From positions 1 to 46,873 of the IMG/VR virus record IMGVR_UViG_3300031949_000067: a stretch of 46,873 nucleotides of DNA. One strand, 5' to 3'. Of the stretch, positions 8,522-16,173 are shown piece after piece. The position numbers and the translations under genes are program-made. Under the pieces are notes generated by a model. That model was not told the DNA's origin, searched no databases, and was given only the letters and a program-made list of their open reading frames with translations. Each line of letters starts with the position of its first letter. Positions within the stretch are counted from its first letter, which is position 1. This DNA comes from a virus (Duplodnaviria > Caudoviricetes).

Positions 8522-8737
8522 ATGCCAAAGGAAACGAGAATACCGTTCAGCGACCAGATGATCCGGGCGGCGTTCGGATACCGCAATGGAGAAAAGTATT
8601 CGGTACTAAACTCGCCTATCGCGCATTACGCGGCGACAAGCGCGGGTTTTCCAACGTGGAGAAACGAGCACTGCGAAAAATCCGACGAAAGCGCATGGCT
8701 CCGCGAGTTGGCCGACGCGCTGGAGCGGACGGAATGA
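8522..8737 (+). CDS. Hypothetical protein
   Basis: Starts 2 nt after the previous stop; ends WLRELADALE with an ATGA overlap. Confidence 0.55.
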   Translation: MPKETRIPFSDQMIRAAFGYRNGEKYSVLNSPIAHYAATSAGFPTWRNEHCEKSDESAWLRELADALERTE

Positions 8738-8949
8738 GCGATACAAAGTTTTTGTGGACCGATTACTACGACTATTCTGAATGTCGAAATGCAACAGACA
8801 ACGCAACCGTGGCGAGCATTAAGGTTTGGGGGATTTTTAAGGACGTGTGGCACGCTCACGTACGCGGAGAGAAAATCGGCAAGTACGCCAGCAGGTCAAA
8901 TGCGAAGCGCGCCTGTAAACAGAGACTAGCGAAAGATCACAAGGAATGA
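8734..8949 (+). CDS. Hypothetical protein
   Basis: ATGA-coupled on both sides. Confidence 0.55.
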   Translation: MSDTKFLWTDYYDYSECRNATDNATVASIKVWGIFKDVWHAHVRGEKIGKYASRSNAKRACKQRLAKDHKE

Positions 8950-9104
8950 ACGATGCCCTCGAACGATTAGAGGCGTGGGGCAAGCCAGCGACGAAACCGT
9001 TCTCGCTGACGTGCCTGTCGTGTGGCGCCGGAGATTCGATCAAATCGGCTCAGCAAGCGATCGACTTGGGATGGACCGAGCTGACCCCCGATGTGCCTGG
9101 GTGA
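8946..9104 (+). CDS. Small hypothetical protein with CxxC (52 aa; below the ORF-track cutoff)
   Basis: Translated by hand: MNDALERLEAWGKPATKPFSLTCLSCGAGD...; ATGA-coupled. Confidence 0.5.
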   Translation: MNDALERLEAWGKPATKPFSLTCLSCGAGDSIKSAQQAIDLGWTELTPDVPG

Positions 9105-9113
9105 AAAACTGAT

Positions 9114-9308
9114 TTGAAGACCTGGAACGTCACGCTCGAAGTGAATGGCCACGTTGTGACCTCGCGGACACATGCGGCTACACCGGATGAGGCCGGGTCG
9201 ATAGCGTTGACCGCGGCCATGCTAGACGAGTGGGCCAGGATCAAGGCCGCGGCGATGGTGGTCGAATGCGTGGAGGCGAAGGCGGCAGATGGCAACGGCT
9301 CATCTTGA
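9114..9308 (+). CDS. Hypothetical protein (last gene of the rightward block)
   Basis: TTG start; stop abuts the convergent terminator hairpin. Confidence 0.45.
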   Translation: MKTWNVTLEVNGHVVTSRTHAATPDEAGSIALTAAMLDEWARIKAAAMVVECVEAKAADGNGSS

Positions 9309-9352
9309 AACAAATGCCGGGACCGGCTGGCAACGCACCAACCGGCCCCGGC
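9307..9352 (-). terminator. Intrinsic terminator closing the leftward operon after the periodic array
   Basis: 15-bp stem GCCGGGGCCGGTTGG/CCAGCCGGTCCCGGC, 7-nt loop, followed by ATTTGTTTC on the minus strand; lies at the convergence of two gene blocks. Confidence 0.75.
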
Positions 9353-9364
9353 GGGGGTGAACTA

Positions 9365-9580
9365 CTCGACTCAGGTCGTACAAATACACGCCGCGTTCGG
9401 GACACCACGCCTGAACACGTCTCTCGTTCGCGGCGACGCACTCAACCTCAATCCTCGCTCGCGACGCAGCGCCTCACGGCGCGTCTCGTCCATCGCAGAT
9501 CGTAGCACGCGTCGTCCACGACACCCCGGCTCGCTTCGTCACCCGTCCGCCTCGCAACGATCCACTTCGTCTCTCGTTCA
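9365..9580 (-). ncRNA. Periodic noncoding array: seven ~31-nt units, consensus YGRR-CG(N5)-(YG-NNN)x4; candidate guide RNA(s) for the adjacent RAMP protein
   Basis: Minus-strand units start at 9580, 9549, 9518, 9492, 9461, 9430 and 9399; 24 of 27 pentamers begin YG and all 27 begin with a pyrimidine; GAACGAGAGACG occurs twice. The periodicity is directly visible; RNA function is inferred. Confidence 0.7.
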
Positions 9581-10435
9581 TTCCTCGAATGCGCCCGGGC
9601 CCCGCCGCATGTCCCAGCGCGCGTACTGGCCGTACTGCATCGACCGGTCGCCGTTGAAGCCCTGGACGCCGCCGTAGTCGAGCATGGCCGCCAGGTGCTT
9701 CGGTTTGATCGTGCCGTCACGAAAAACCCCGACCCAGAACACGACCATCACGTTGTTGTATTGTTCAACAGCCTTGAGTGAGTGTCGCGGTCCCTGGGGC
9801 GTCTGCCCGTGGACGACGCATTGCGGAACCTCATCGGGCGGCCCGACGAGTACTCCGTCTGGGCGGCGGATGAACACTTCATCGCGCCAGAATACCTTGT
9901 CCTCGTAGGCGTCGCCGAAAATGTAAAGCCGCTCCTTGGACTTTCCGCCAAACTGCTTCATGGAGAAATTCTGCTCGGCGTATACTCGCAACACGCCACT
10001 GCACGATTTCAAGTGCGCGCGGCACGACGACGACTGCACGTAGGGGGCGCCGACGTTCTGATCCCCGGTAGCGATCCGCAGAAACCCCAAGCTCGATTGA
10101 TCTACCACGTCCTCGGCTTCCGGCCAGTCGTCTACGATCCGATCGACGGCCCGGTCGGTCAGGGCCTCATCGTTTCCGGCCTGTTCGTTGAGCACGCCGA
10201 CCGCCGTTTGCTCCTGGACCCCGACGTGCTTCGCCTTCATTTTCATTTCGCCGAAGTCTTTGATCTTCGCCGCCTTGGCCGCTCTCGCCGTCTTGGCGTC
10301 CGCGTGGGCGTCGAGCACCTTGGGCAGCTTCGGCTTCGTGCCACGCACGTTGCGCAGCATCAGCCGCACCTTGAAAAGCTCCCAACAGGGAGCAACCGGC
10401 CCGTCGTCACTTCTCCACACATTCTGTTCGCTCAT
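9578..10435 (-). CDS. Stand-alone Cas7/RAMP-like (Csm3-group-like) RNA-binding protein (285 aa)
   Basis: N-terminal strand FKVRLMLRNVRG, PYVQSSSCRAHLK (RAMP P.i.gss.kG.lr-like), thumb-like VHGQTPQGPRHSLKAVE, C-terminal Gly-rich loop LDYGGVQGFNGDRSMQYGQY; GGAG RBS and ATGA coupling give a start at 10435. Confidence 0.75.
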   Translation of the reverse strand: MSEQNVWRSDDGPVAPCWELFKVRLMLRNVRGTKPKLPKVLDAHADAKTARAAKAAKIKDFGEMKMKAKHVGVQEQTAVGVLNEQAGNDEALTDRAVDRIVDDWPEAEDVVDQSSLGFLRIATGDQNVGAPYVQSSSCRAHLKSCSGVLRVYAEQNFSMKQFGGKSKERLYIFGDAYEDKVFWRDEVFIRRPDGVLVGPPDEVPQCVVHGQTPQGPRHSLKAVEQYNNVMVVFWVGVFRDGTIKPKHLAAMLDYGGVQGFNGDRSMQYGQYARWDMRRGPGAFEE

Positions 10436-10647
10436 TCGTTTCTTTTCTCCACTTCCGCAGCGACGCCCCCGGCACAACACGGGTAATATCCGACGTATCC
10501 AGGATCATCTGCACCTAGCCCCTTGGGGCACGGACACATTGGCTGTCCACACCGCAAACAAACTAGCTCCCCCATCCTGACCCAAGCGTCATACGTGCGA
10601 GAGGTAAAATTACGCCTTGCAATGTCAGCCGGCTTCTCAGTTCCCAT
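10432..10647 (-). CDS. Small Cys-rich protein translationally coupled to the RAMP gene
   Basis: GGAGGAGG RBS, ATG at 10647; CLRC..CPC..CC; its stop overlaps the RAMP start. Confidence 0.6.
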   Translation of the reverse strand: MGTEKPADIARRNFTSRTYDAWVRMGELVCLRCGQPMCPCPKGLGADDPGYVGYYPCCAGGVAAEVEKRNE

Positions 10648-10648
10648 T

Positions 10649-10846
10649 TTAATGGACTTCCTCCTCCACTTCCGCCGCCACCGTTCCGACCGCGCGGGCC
10701 GTCGCACACATTGCCTCGCCCTGGGATTCGACCTGACGGGCAAGTTCCTCGACGACTGCCCAGAGAACCATGAGTTGTGCCCGTTCACTCGTTGGCTTTG
10801 TTTCAAATCTCCTGCGGAGCCGTGCAATTTCTTCGCTGGGCTTCAT
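10649..10846 (-). CDS. Hypothetical protein
   Basis: ATGA-coupled with the upstream ORF. Confidence 0.6.
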   Translation of the reverse strand: MKPSEEIARLRRRFETKPTSERAQLMVLWAVVEELARQVESQGEAMCATARAVGTVAAEVEEEVH

Positions 10847-11133
10847 TTCGCCCCCCCCTTCGCCTCAAAGAGTTCGCACAGCCCGTCCGGGTTCACGTCC
10901 CGGCAATACGGATGTTTGTCGAGCGATGGGACCGTTCTTCCGAGATCGTTTTTCGCCCAAAATACCTGTCCGCCGGTCGTGGGGTCGATGCCCGCCGGAC
11001 GTTCAAGTTCGGGGTGAGCGCATAGTTGATAGTACCAAGTGTTGGGGGGTGGCCCAGCACCCATTATGCCGTGGTGGGTGTTGCGGTGATGCCTACAGTA
11101 AACGCAAATGTGGATTTTTGCGGCAAGCGTCAT
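10843..11133 (-). CDS. Hypothetical Cys-containing protein
   Basis: CVYCRH..C.HP...C..VNPDG.C.LFE pattern; start at 11133 from the ATGA overlap. Confidence 0.65.
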   Translation of the reverse strand: MTLAAKIHICVYCRHHRNTHHGIMGAGPPPNTWYYQLCAHPELERPAGIDPTTGGQVFWAKNDLGRTVPSLDKHPYCRDVNPDGLCELFEAKGGAK

Positions 11134-11498
11134 TCCGCACCTTCTTCCGGGAACACCAGCGCCCCCGTCTCCCGCGAGTAGGGCACGCCGGGGTACTCCT
11201 CGTCGAGACGATCGAACAGCGGGACCATAGCGGTGGCACAGGCTTCCTCGTACGCCTTCCACGCGGTGGCACGGGCTTCCTTGTACGCCTTCAACGCGGT
11301 GGCGGCCCAAGACTGATCCTTCGCCGGCCTGAATGCCAGGAGCCTTACCTCGCGCTCATGCGGGGGCTTCTCCGCGTAGATGTAGTCCACCCGCACGCGG
11401 CCAGGCTCGGTCAACTGCTCCAGCGGTTCGGCGTGATGGCACCACCATACCCAGGCGCCCACAGGTAGGTCGTCGCAAGGATGAGGCGGACGAGTCAT
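11130..11498 (-). CDS. Hypothetical protein with 11-aa Ala-rich repeats
   Basis: WVWWCHH N-terminus; ATALKAYKEAR/ATAWKAYEEAC repeats. Confidence 0.7.
   Translation of the reverse strand: MTRPPHPCDDLPVGAWVWWCHHAEPLEQLTEPGRVRVDYIYAEKPPHEREVRLLAFRPAKDQSWAATALKAYKEARATAWKAYEEACATAMVPLFDRLDEEYPGVPYSRETGALVFPEEGAE
11230..11303. repeat. 33-bp tandem repeat (about 2.2 copies), coding
   Basis: GCGGTGGC recurs at 11230, 11263 and 11296. Confidence 0.85.
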
Positions 11499-11752
11499 TC
11501 CGCACCCCCTTTCGCCAAGGCGAGCGCGGACATGATCGTACGGTGCGCTTCACGCCCCATCTTGTTTGTCGGGGTCAGCCACTGATTAGCATTCTCGCAC
11601 GCGGCCACCAGGGCATCGTAGGAGTTGACCGAACTGAGAATGCACTCCATCACATCCGGCGACAAATCCAACAGCCCCACCGGAGCGCCGCGGGCATCGC
11701 GGAGCATCTTATAATCCATCCTCCACGGCTTCGGGTGTTTATCTTCACTCAT
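11495..11752 (-). CDS. Hypothetical phage protein
   Basis: HPKPW...I...VNSYDALVAAC...ALALAKG pattern seen in small phage early proteins; coupled starts and stops. Confidence 0.7.
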   Translation of the reverse strand: MSEDKHPKPWRMDYKMLRDARGAPVGLLDLSPDVMECILSSVNSYDALVAACENANQWLTPTNKMGREAHRTIMSALALAKGGAE

Positions 11753-11804
11753 TTCCGCACCTTGCGGATATACGCATTCACGCCCACGATTTCAGCTTTG
11801 ATAC

Positions 11805-12119
11805 TCATGCCGTCGCTACCTCCGAGATGGGCTTGCCGAACCGCCTGAACCATCGGCGACCGTCGGGGATGTCCAGGGCGTCCAAGGATTGCAGTCGAGC
11901 AAGTTCGAGTTGTATTTCTTCGGCATCGTATCTCGATAGAGGCTTGACGTGCTCTGCCGAGGTCCATCCGCACAGGGCAATCGCGTGCCCAAGTTCCTCG
12001 ATTGGAAACTCCAGGTCGTAGCCTTGGTCAAGTTGAACCCAGTGCCGCAACATACATCGGATTGATCGCTCTTGCGTTGTCATGCTACTGTGCTCCATTG
12101 CCTTGCCCTTGTTTGTCAT
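11805..12119 (-). CDS. Hypothetical protein
   Basis: GGAG RBS; in operon orientation. Confidence 0.55.
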   Translation of the reverse strand: MTNKGKAMEHSSMTTQERSIRCMLRHWVQLDQGYDLEFPIEELGHAIALCGWTSAEHVKPLSRYDAEEIQLELARLQSLDALDIPDGRRWFRRFGKPISEVATA

Positions 12120-12212
12120 GTTCGTTCACTCCCCGCCCGTCGGTGGGCTTGCCCCTGCGCCATCGTGGCCCAGGCCGTCAGGCCCGCCCCATGACGGGCC
12201 GAACAGCGCGGG

Positions 12213-12395
12213 TCAACGCCTGTATGTGCCCACCTTGTTCCCGTTCACGTCGTACAGATTGCACACTTCGCCCCGTGCAGGGTATGGGCGCCGGCCCTCC
12301 GTCAGGTCGTCGGCCAGCACGCGCAGGATACGGGCGCACTCCGCCGCCGGGTGCGGTTTGAACGCCTCATTCTCTGTTCGGATGTTGATTTTCAT
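12213..12395 (-). CDS. Small hypothetical phage protein
   Basis: GGGAG RBS; I.TENEAF...E.ARILR.LAD.L....L.DVNGNKVG pattern. Confidence 0.7.
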   Translation of the reverse strand: MKINIRTENEAFKPHPAAECARILRVLADDLTEGRRPYPARGEVCNLYDVNGNKVGTYRR

Positions 12396-12415
12396 GTTTC
12401 GTCACTCCCTGCGGC

Positions 12416-13087
12416 CTAAGCCGCTGCCTTGCTTTTGCCCTTGCTCGCCGACGCGCGACGCAGCGCGTCCGGTAGCTGGTCGATACAGTCGCGTACGTTA
12501 TTGCCCACAAGTTCCTGGACGTACGCCAGCCACTTGAACGCCGGCGGGATCGGCAGGGACACTTCCCGCGCGATGCGCTCCAGCAATTCCGCCACTGCCG
12601 GCGCGCTCGGCTTGCGGAATCGGAACCGACGCCAACGCGAATACAGGCCGTCCACTTCGTCGGCCCACGTCACCGAAGTCGTCGTGCCGATGATGATGAC
12701 GTGCGTGGGCAAGTTCTCCAGCAAGCCCAACAGCATCCGCAGGCAGTCCCGATTGAGGTGCTGAATTTCGTCCACGATGTAGCAACGGCGGGTGCTCCCG
12801 CCCCAGCCGTAGCTTCCCATCGAATTCGCAAGCTGGCGAAGGTCTTGGATGGATACCATTCGCGAGTCGATGCGCTCGATCGAGAATTCGTCACACCCCA
12901 GCGCACGCGCCGTCACGTAGGCCGCCGAGGTCTTCCCGCAACCGGCAATCCCATCCGATTCAAACAACCACCGCTCCCCGCAACCGTCGAAAAGCCATTC
13001 GTCGGCGCAGGCTGCCTTGATCTCGTCGATGACCGGCTGGCCGACAAAATCGGCCCACGACTTCGGTCGGTATCGTTCGCTTAGCAT
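12416..13087 (-). CDS. Clamp-loader-clade AAA+ ATPase (DnaX/RFC-like N-terminal module only, 223 aa)
   Basis: LSERYRPKSWADFVGQ, Walker A GIAGCGKT, Walker B YIVDEIQHL, sensor IIGTTT, SRW in place of SRC. Confidence 0.88.
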   Translation of the reverse strand: MLSERYRPKSWADFVGQPVIDEIKAACADEWLFDGCGERWLFESDGIAGCGKTSAAYVTARALGCDEFSIERIDSRMVSIQDLRQLANSMGSYGWGGSTRRCYIVDEIQHLNRDCLRMLLGLLENLPTHVIIIGTTTSVTWADEVDGLYSRWRRFRFRKPSAPAVAELLERIAREVSLPIPPAFKWLAYVQELVGNNVRDCIDQLPDALRRASASKGKSKAAA

Positions 13088-13344
13088 CCTGCGCCGTCAC
13101 TTTCTACTTTGCGACCGATACGATACCCGCAGAATCGCCAGTCCGTGTCCGCTTGCCATTCGCAACGGTACGTTGAGTTGCCGCCCACCAGCGTAAACTC
13201 CACCGCGCAATCACCGGATACCGGCCTAATGTTGTTTGCTTTACGACCACGGGCTTCAGTGTATTCTTGCACGGCCTGTTGTGGTGTGTAGTCTGCATGG
13301 CGGACCCATCCGATGTCGTCAAGATCGTAATTCAACATCGTCAT
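13081..13344 (-). CDS. Hypothetical protein (first gene of the leftward operon)
   Basis: AAGGAG RBS directly downstream of the leftward promoter. Confidence 0.65.
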   Translation of the reverse strand: MTMLNYDLDDIGWVRHADYTPQQAVQEYTEARGRKANNIRPVSGDCAVEFTLVGGNSTYRCEWQADTDWRFCGYRIGRKVESDGAGC

Positions 13345-13390
13345 TCACTCCCTTTATTAGTCGCCCTTGTCAGCACCCGCCGACACATGC

Positions 13391-13418
13391 AATATACGCC
13401 ATGTATCACGCGTGTCAA
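13391..13418 (-). promoter_or_regulatory. Sigma70-type leftward promoter
   Basis: Minus strand TTGACA-16 nt-TATATT in an AT-rich divergent gap. Confidence 0.65.
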
Positions 13419-13467
13419 ATGAAATCTTGGGAAATCTTTCGGGACACTTTCGGCCAGAATTCGGACC

Positions 13468-13496
13468 TTGATCCGGCGCAAAGAGAGGCTTAGTAT
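13468..13496 (+). promoter_or_regulatory. Possible sigma70-type rightward promoter
   Basis: TTGATC-17 nt-TAGTAT upstream of the 13555 ORF. Confidence 0.4.
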
Positions 13497-13554
13497 CAAC
13501 TTGTGAAAAACGAAAAAACTGGCGTTGAGTTAAAGTAAAGGTTCGCTGAATCTA

Positions 13555-14130
13555 ATGGTCTTTCATCAGGAAACCTGGCGCGACCTTCCAAGGCCCGGAT
13601 CCAAGCCCGGACCTAAGGTCCAGCACCATAGACACTTAGGGCGCGCGCATCGCGAAGATGCCGTCAATCCGCTCATGGCCGAAGCAATCGTGGATGGCCT
13701 GACGCCGGAGCAATTCGCCGCCAAGTTCGACCTATCGACCGCAATGGCGTATCTGGTCTATCGTGGTGAACGTCGCCCCGGTGTAGCAGAGCGCGTGCAG
13801 GAGATTCGCGCCAACCTGCGCGACCGGACGCTTGCCCATATCGAGGTGGTCCAGCGCGAGGCCCTGGAGCGCGTCCGTAAGGCACTCGGCAATCTGGACG
13901 ACCGAATCGCCCTCAAGGCTGCCCGTCAGGCCATACGTGACTGGACCGGCCCGTACGCAGCAACCAAGGGCGCCGTCGTCACTGTCAACAATCAGAGTCT
14001 CACAATCACGCAGGCAATCCGCATCGCATCGGGAGTGGCCGACGAATTACCAGTAATCGAGCAAGATTTGCAGCACGTGCGCATAGGGCCGCCCACAACG
14101 TCCGATAACCCGCCACCGGACGCAACATAA
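13555..14130 (+). CDS. HTH protein, putative terminase small subunit
   Basis: HTH-like GLTPEQFAAKFDLSTAMAY, then helical EALERVRKALGNLDDRIALKAARQAIRD and a TVNNQ tail, matching TerS architecture; not adjacent to TerL. Confidence 0.5.
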   Translation: MVFHQETWRDLPRPGSKPGPKVQHHRHLGRAHREDAVNPLMAEAIVDGLTPEQFAAKFDLSTAMAYLVYRGERRPGVAERVQEIRANLRDRTLAHIEVVQREALERVRKALGNLDDRIALKAARQAIRDWTGPYAATKGAVVTVNNQSLTITQAIRIASGVADELPVIEQDLQHVRIGPPTTSDNPPPDAT

Positions 14131-14454
14131 CCCCCGTTATAGGACGTTGACCTGGACATCGGCAGGGTATCCGGCGCGTATCCGTCAACGTGCAGCAGGC
14201 CGCTCACAACGACCGCCAGCACGTATCGCAGGCCCGCTACGCGAACGCACGCCGAAAGCTGGCCGAATCCACGCCGAAAGACAGCAGAAGGTGGGAGCAA
14301 CGGACGGAGACGAACGTCCGATAACCACAGTCGGCACGTCCGATAACACCCCCCACCCCCCCCTACCTGCCAAGACCCACCCGTCCGGCCGATTGATAGT
14401 ACCTCTCTCCCCCCGCGGGTTTGCCGTTTTTGGGTCCCCCTCGTTGTACTGAAG

Positions 14455-14760
14455 CTAAAATGTATAATTTTACCATCAATATGCGGATTTTGCCGGTTGG
14501 GGTATAGTTGGGGTAGGGTTTTGGGGTAGGGTTTGTAGGCGAAAGGAGGCATTCTAGAGGGTGCTAGGGTATAGTAGGGCATAGTAGGGTATAGTTTTGC
14601 GCACCTATCGCGTTATGTGCGCGCGCATTAGAGTACTTACCGGAAATCGCTACCCTACCCTACCCCATTTTAACGAATCTTCGTTTTTGGGCCAATAACG
14701 CGGTTTTTGGGCCATTTTTTTGGGGTATAGTTTCAACCAAACCCTACCCCATTTTGGGAG
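14455..14760. repeat. Iteron-rich noncoding region, candidate replication origin
   Basis: GGG(T/C)ATAGT at 14500, 14567, 14577, 14587 and 14723; GGGGTAGGGT twice with inverted ACCCTACCCC copies near 14657 and 14741; AT-rich; directly downstream of the helicase gene. Confidence 0.65.
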
Positions 14761-14781
14761 GCGACTTGGGTGCTCGCTGGG

Positions 14782-16173
14782 CTAGAAGGTGGTTTGGGCG
14801 CCCACCTGGGAGTCGTTGGCGAGTCCGAGTCCGACGCGGATGAGCCGGCCGCCGGTTTTCCGTTTGACGAATCCGCGTTCTTCGAGGCGTCGTCCGAATG
14901 CGGTTTGGGACATGGTGTGTCCTTTGCCGGCCCAGGCGACATAGGCGTCGTAGAGTCTGGCGGGCTGGACGGCCATGTTTGGGCTTACCGTGCAGCAGTC
15001 TGCGATGAAAATGGCCAGGGTGTCCTGTTCTTCGCGGTATTGCCCGGTGGCGGCCATGACGGATTCCGGGGGGTTGAGTCCGTCGCGTTGCCAGAGGCGG
15101 CAGCCCTCGAGCGCCCAGTTGAGGATTCCGGGGAGTTCGTCGCGGAGTTTGGCGGGCAGTTGGAGGTCCCGGTCCTCTTCGGGGATGGTGACGGTGAAGG
15201 GGATCAGGCGGATGCGTCGCCAGATGGCGTGGTCGGTTCCGCGAATCTGCGGGAGGTGATTCCCTGAGAGCCAGAGTTTGAACTGGGGGGTGTACTCGAA
15301 GTCCTCGTGGAAGAGGAAGCGGGCGACGATGCGGTCGCCGCCGGTCATAGATTTCACGAGCGATTCGGCGAGTCGTTGTCCGTCTTCGAGTTCTGTGACC
15401 CCGACGAAGCGGACCCCGGCGAGGCGGGCGACGTCGTTGCGGATTTTGTCGTCGCGTTTGAGCATGATGGTCCCGGCGTCGGCTTGGGTGGCGTAGTCGC
15501 CGAGCATGGCCAGGATGGTGTTAACGAAGGTGCTCTTGCCGTTGGCCCCGTGGCCGTACATGACGTGTAGGCATTGCTCGCGGGTGATGCCCGTCAGGCA
15601 ATAGCCCACGGCGATTTGCAGGTAGGGCACGACTTCCGGGTTCTCGCCCATCCAGGTGTTCATGCAGGAGAGCCACGTCGGCGCCTTGGCCGCCGGGTCG
15701 TAGGCGACGCCCGCACACCGAGTGATGAGGTCGGACTGGGTGGCCTTGCGGGTTTCCCCGGTGCGGAGGTCGGTGGTCCCGTTGGTGCAGTTGAACACCC
15801 AGGGGTCGGAGTCGAGCTGATCGTGGGCGATGCGTAGCGGCTTCTCGCACTCGGCCATGTCCAGGATGCCCCGAACGCGGCTGGCGGCTTCGGCTTTCAC
15901 GATTTCCTTGTAGCACTTTTTGCGGAACTCGTCGTTTTTGATGTTGGCGAGGTCGCGATAGGCCCGGCGGACGATGGTTTTGGCCGCCTCTTTGGCCGAC
16001 CCGGTCTCGTCGCGTTTCCAGTGTGAGCCGGTCCAATGGAGCCAACCGGTCTGTAGGCAGTAGCGCAGGAGTTCGCCCTGTTCGCGGGCGAGCCGCTGGC
16101 CGAAGCCTATGTCGGTGTACAGGGGAAATTTGCAGGCTATGGCTTCCCGCGGGATTTTCGGTTCATCGGCCAT
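14782..16173 (-). CDS. D5/P4-family SF3 helicase (phage/plasmid primase-helicase C-terminal part, 463 aa)
   Basis: D5_N-like TDIGFGQRL..W..WTGSHW..FNCTNGTTDLRTG, Walker A YGHGANGKST, VKSMTGGDRIVAR.L, KLWLSGNHLP, AIWRRIRLIPF, C-terminal winged helix. Confidence 0.93.
   Translation of the reverse strand: MADEPKIPREAIACKFPLYTDIGFGQRLAREQGELLRYCLQTGWLHWTGSHWKRDETGSAKEAAKTIVRRAYRDLANIKNDEFRKKCYKEIVKAEAASRVRGILDMAECEKPLRIAHDQLDSDPWVFNCTNGTTDLRTGETRKATQSDLITRCAGVAYDPAAKAPTWLSCMNTWMGENPEVVPYLQIAVGYCLTGITREQCLHVMYGHGANGKSTFVNTILAMLGDYATQADAGTIMLKRDDKIRNDVARLAGVRFVGVTELEDGQRLAESLVKSMTGGDRIVARFLFHEDFEYTPQFKLWLSGNHLPQIRGTDHAIWRRIRLIPFTVTIPEEDRDLQLPAKLRDELPGILNWALEGCRLWQRDGLNPPESVMAATGQYREEQDTLAIFIADCCTVSPNMAVQPARLYDAYVAWAGKGHTMSQTAFGRRLEERGFVKRKTGGRLIRVGLGLANDSQVGAQTTF

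Noticed and set aside
9365-9580. Calling the array a CRISPR array
   Set aside because: There are no identical 23-47-bp repeats separated by unique spacers; conservation is limited to interspersed dinucleotides and a short header.
9230-9720. ORFs overlapping the array (9230..9505, 9241..9441, 9357..9677, 9448..9720, and a 35-codon ORF from the ATGA at 9581)
   Set aside because: Arg/Ser-rich low-information translations without good RBS spacing; 5- and 31-nt periodicity is not explained by coding. A short translated peptide cannot be fully excluded.
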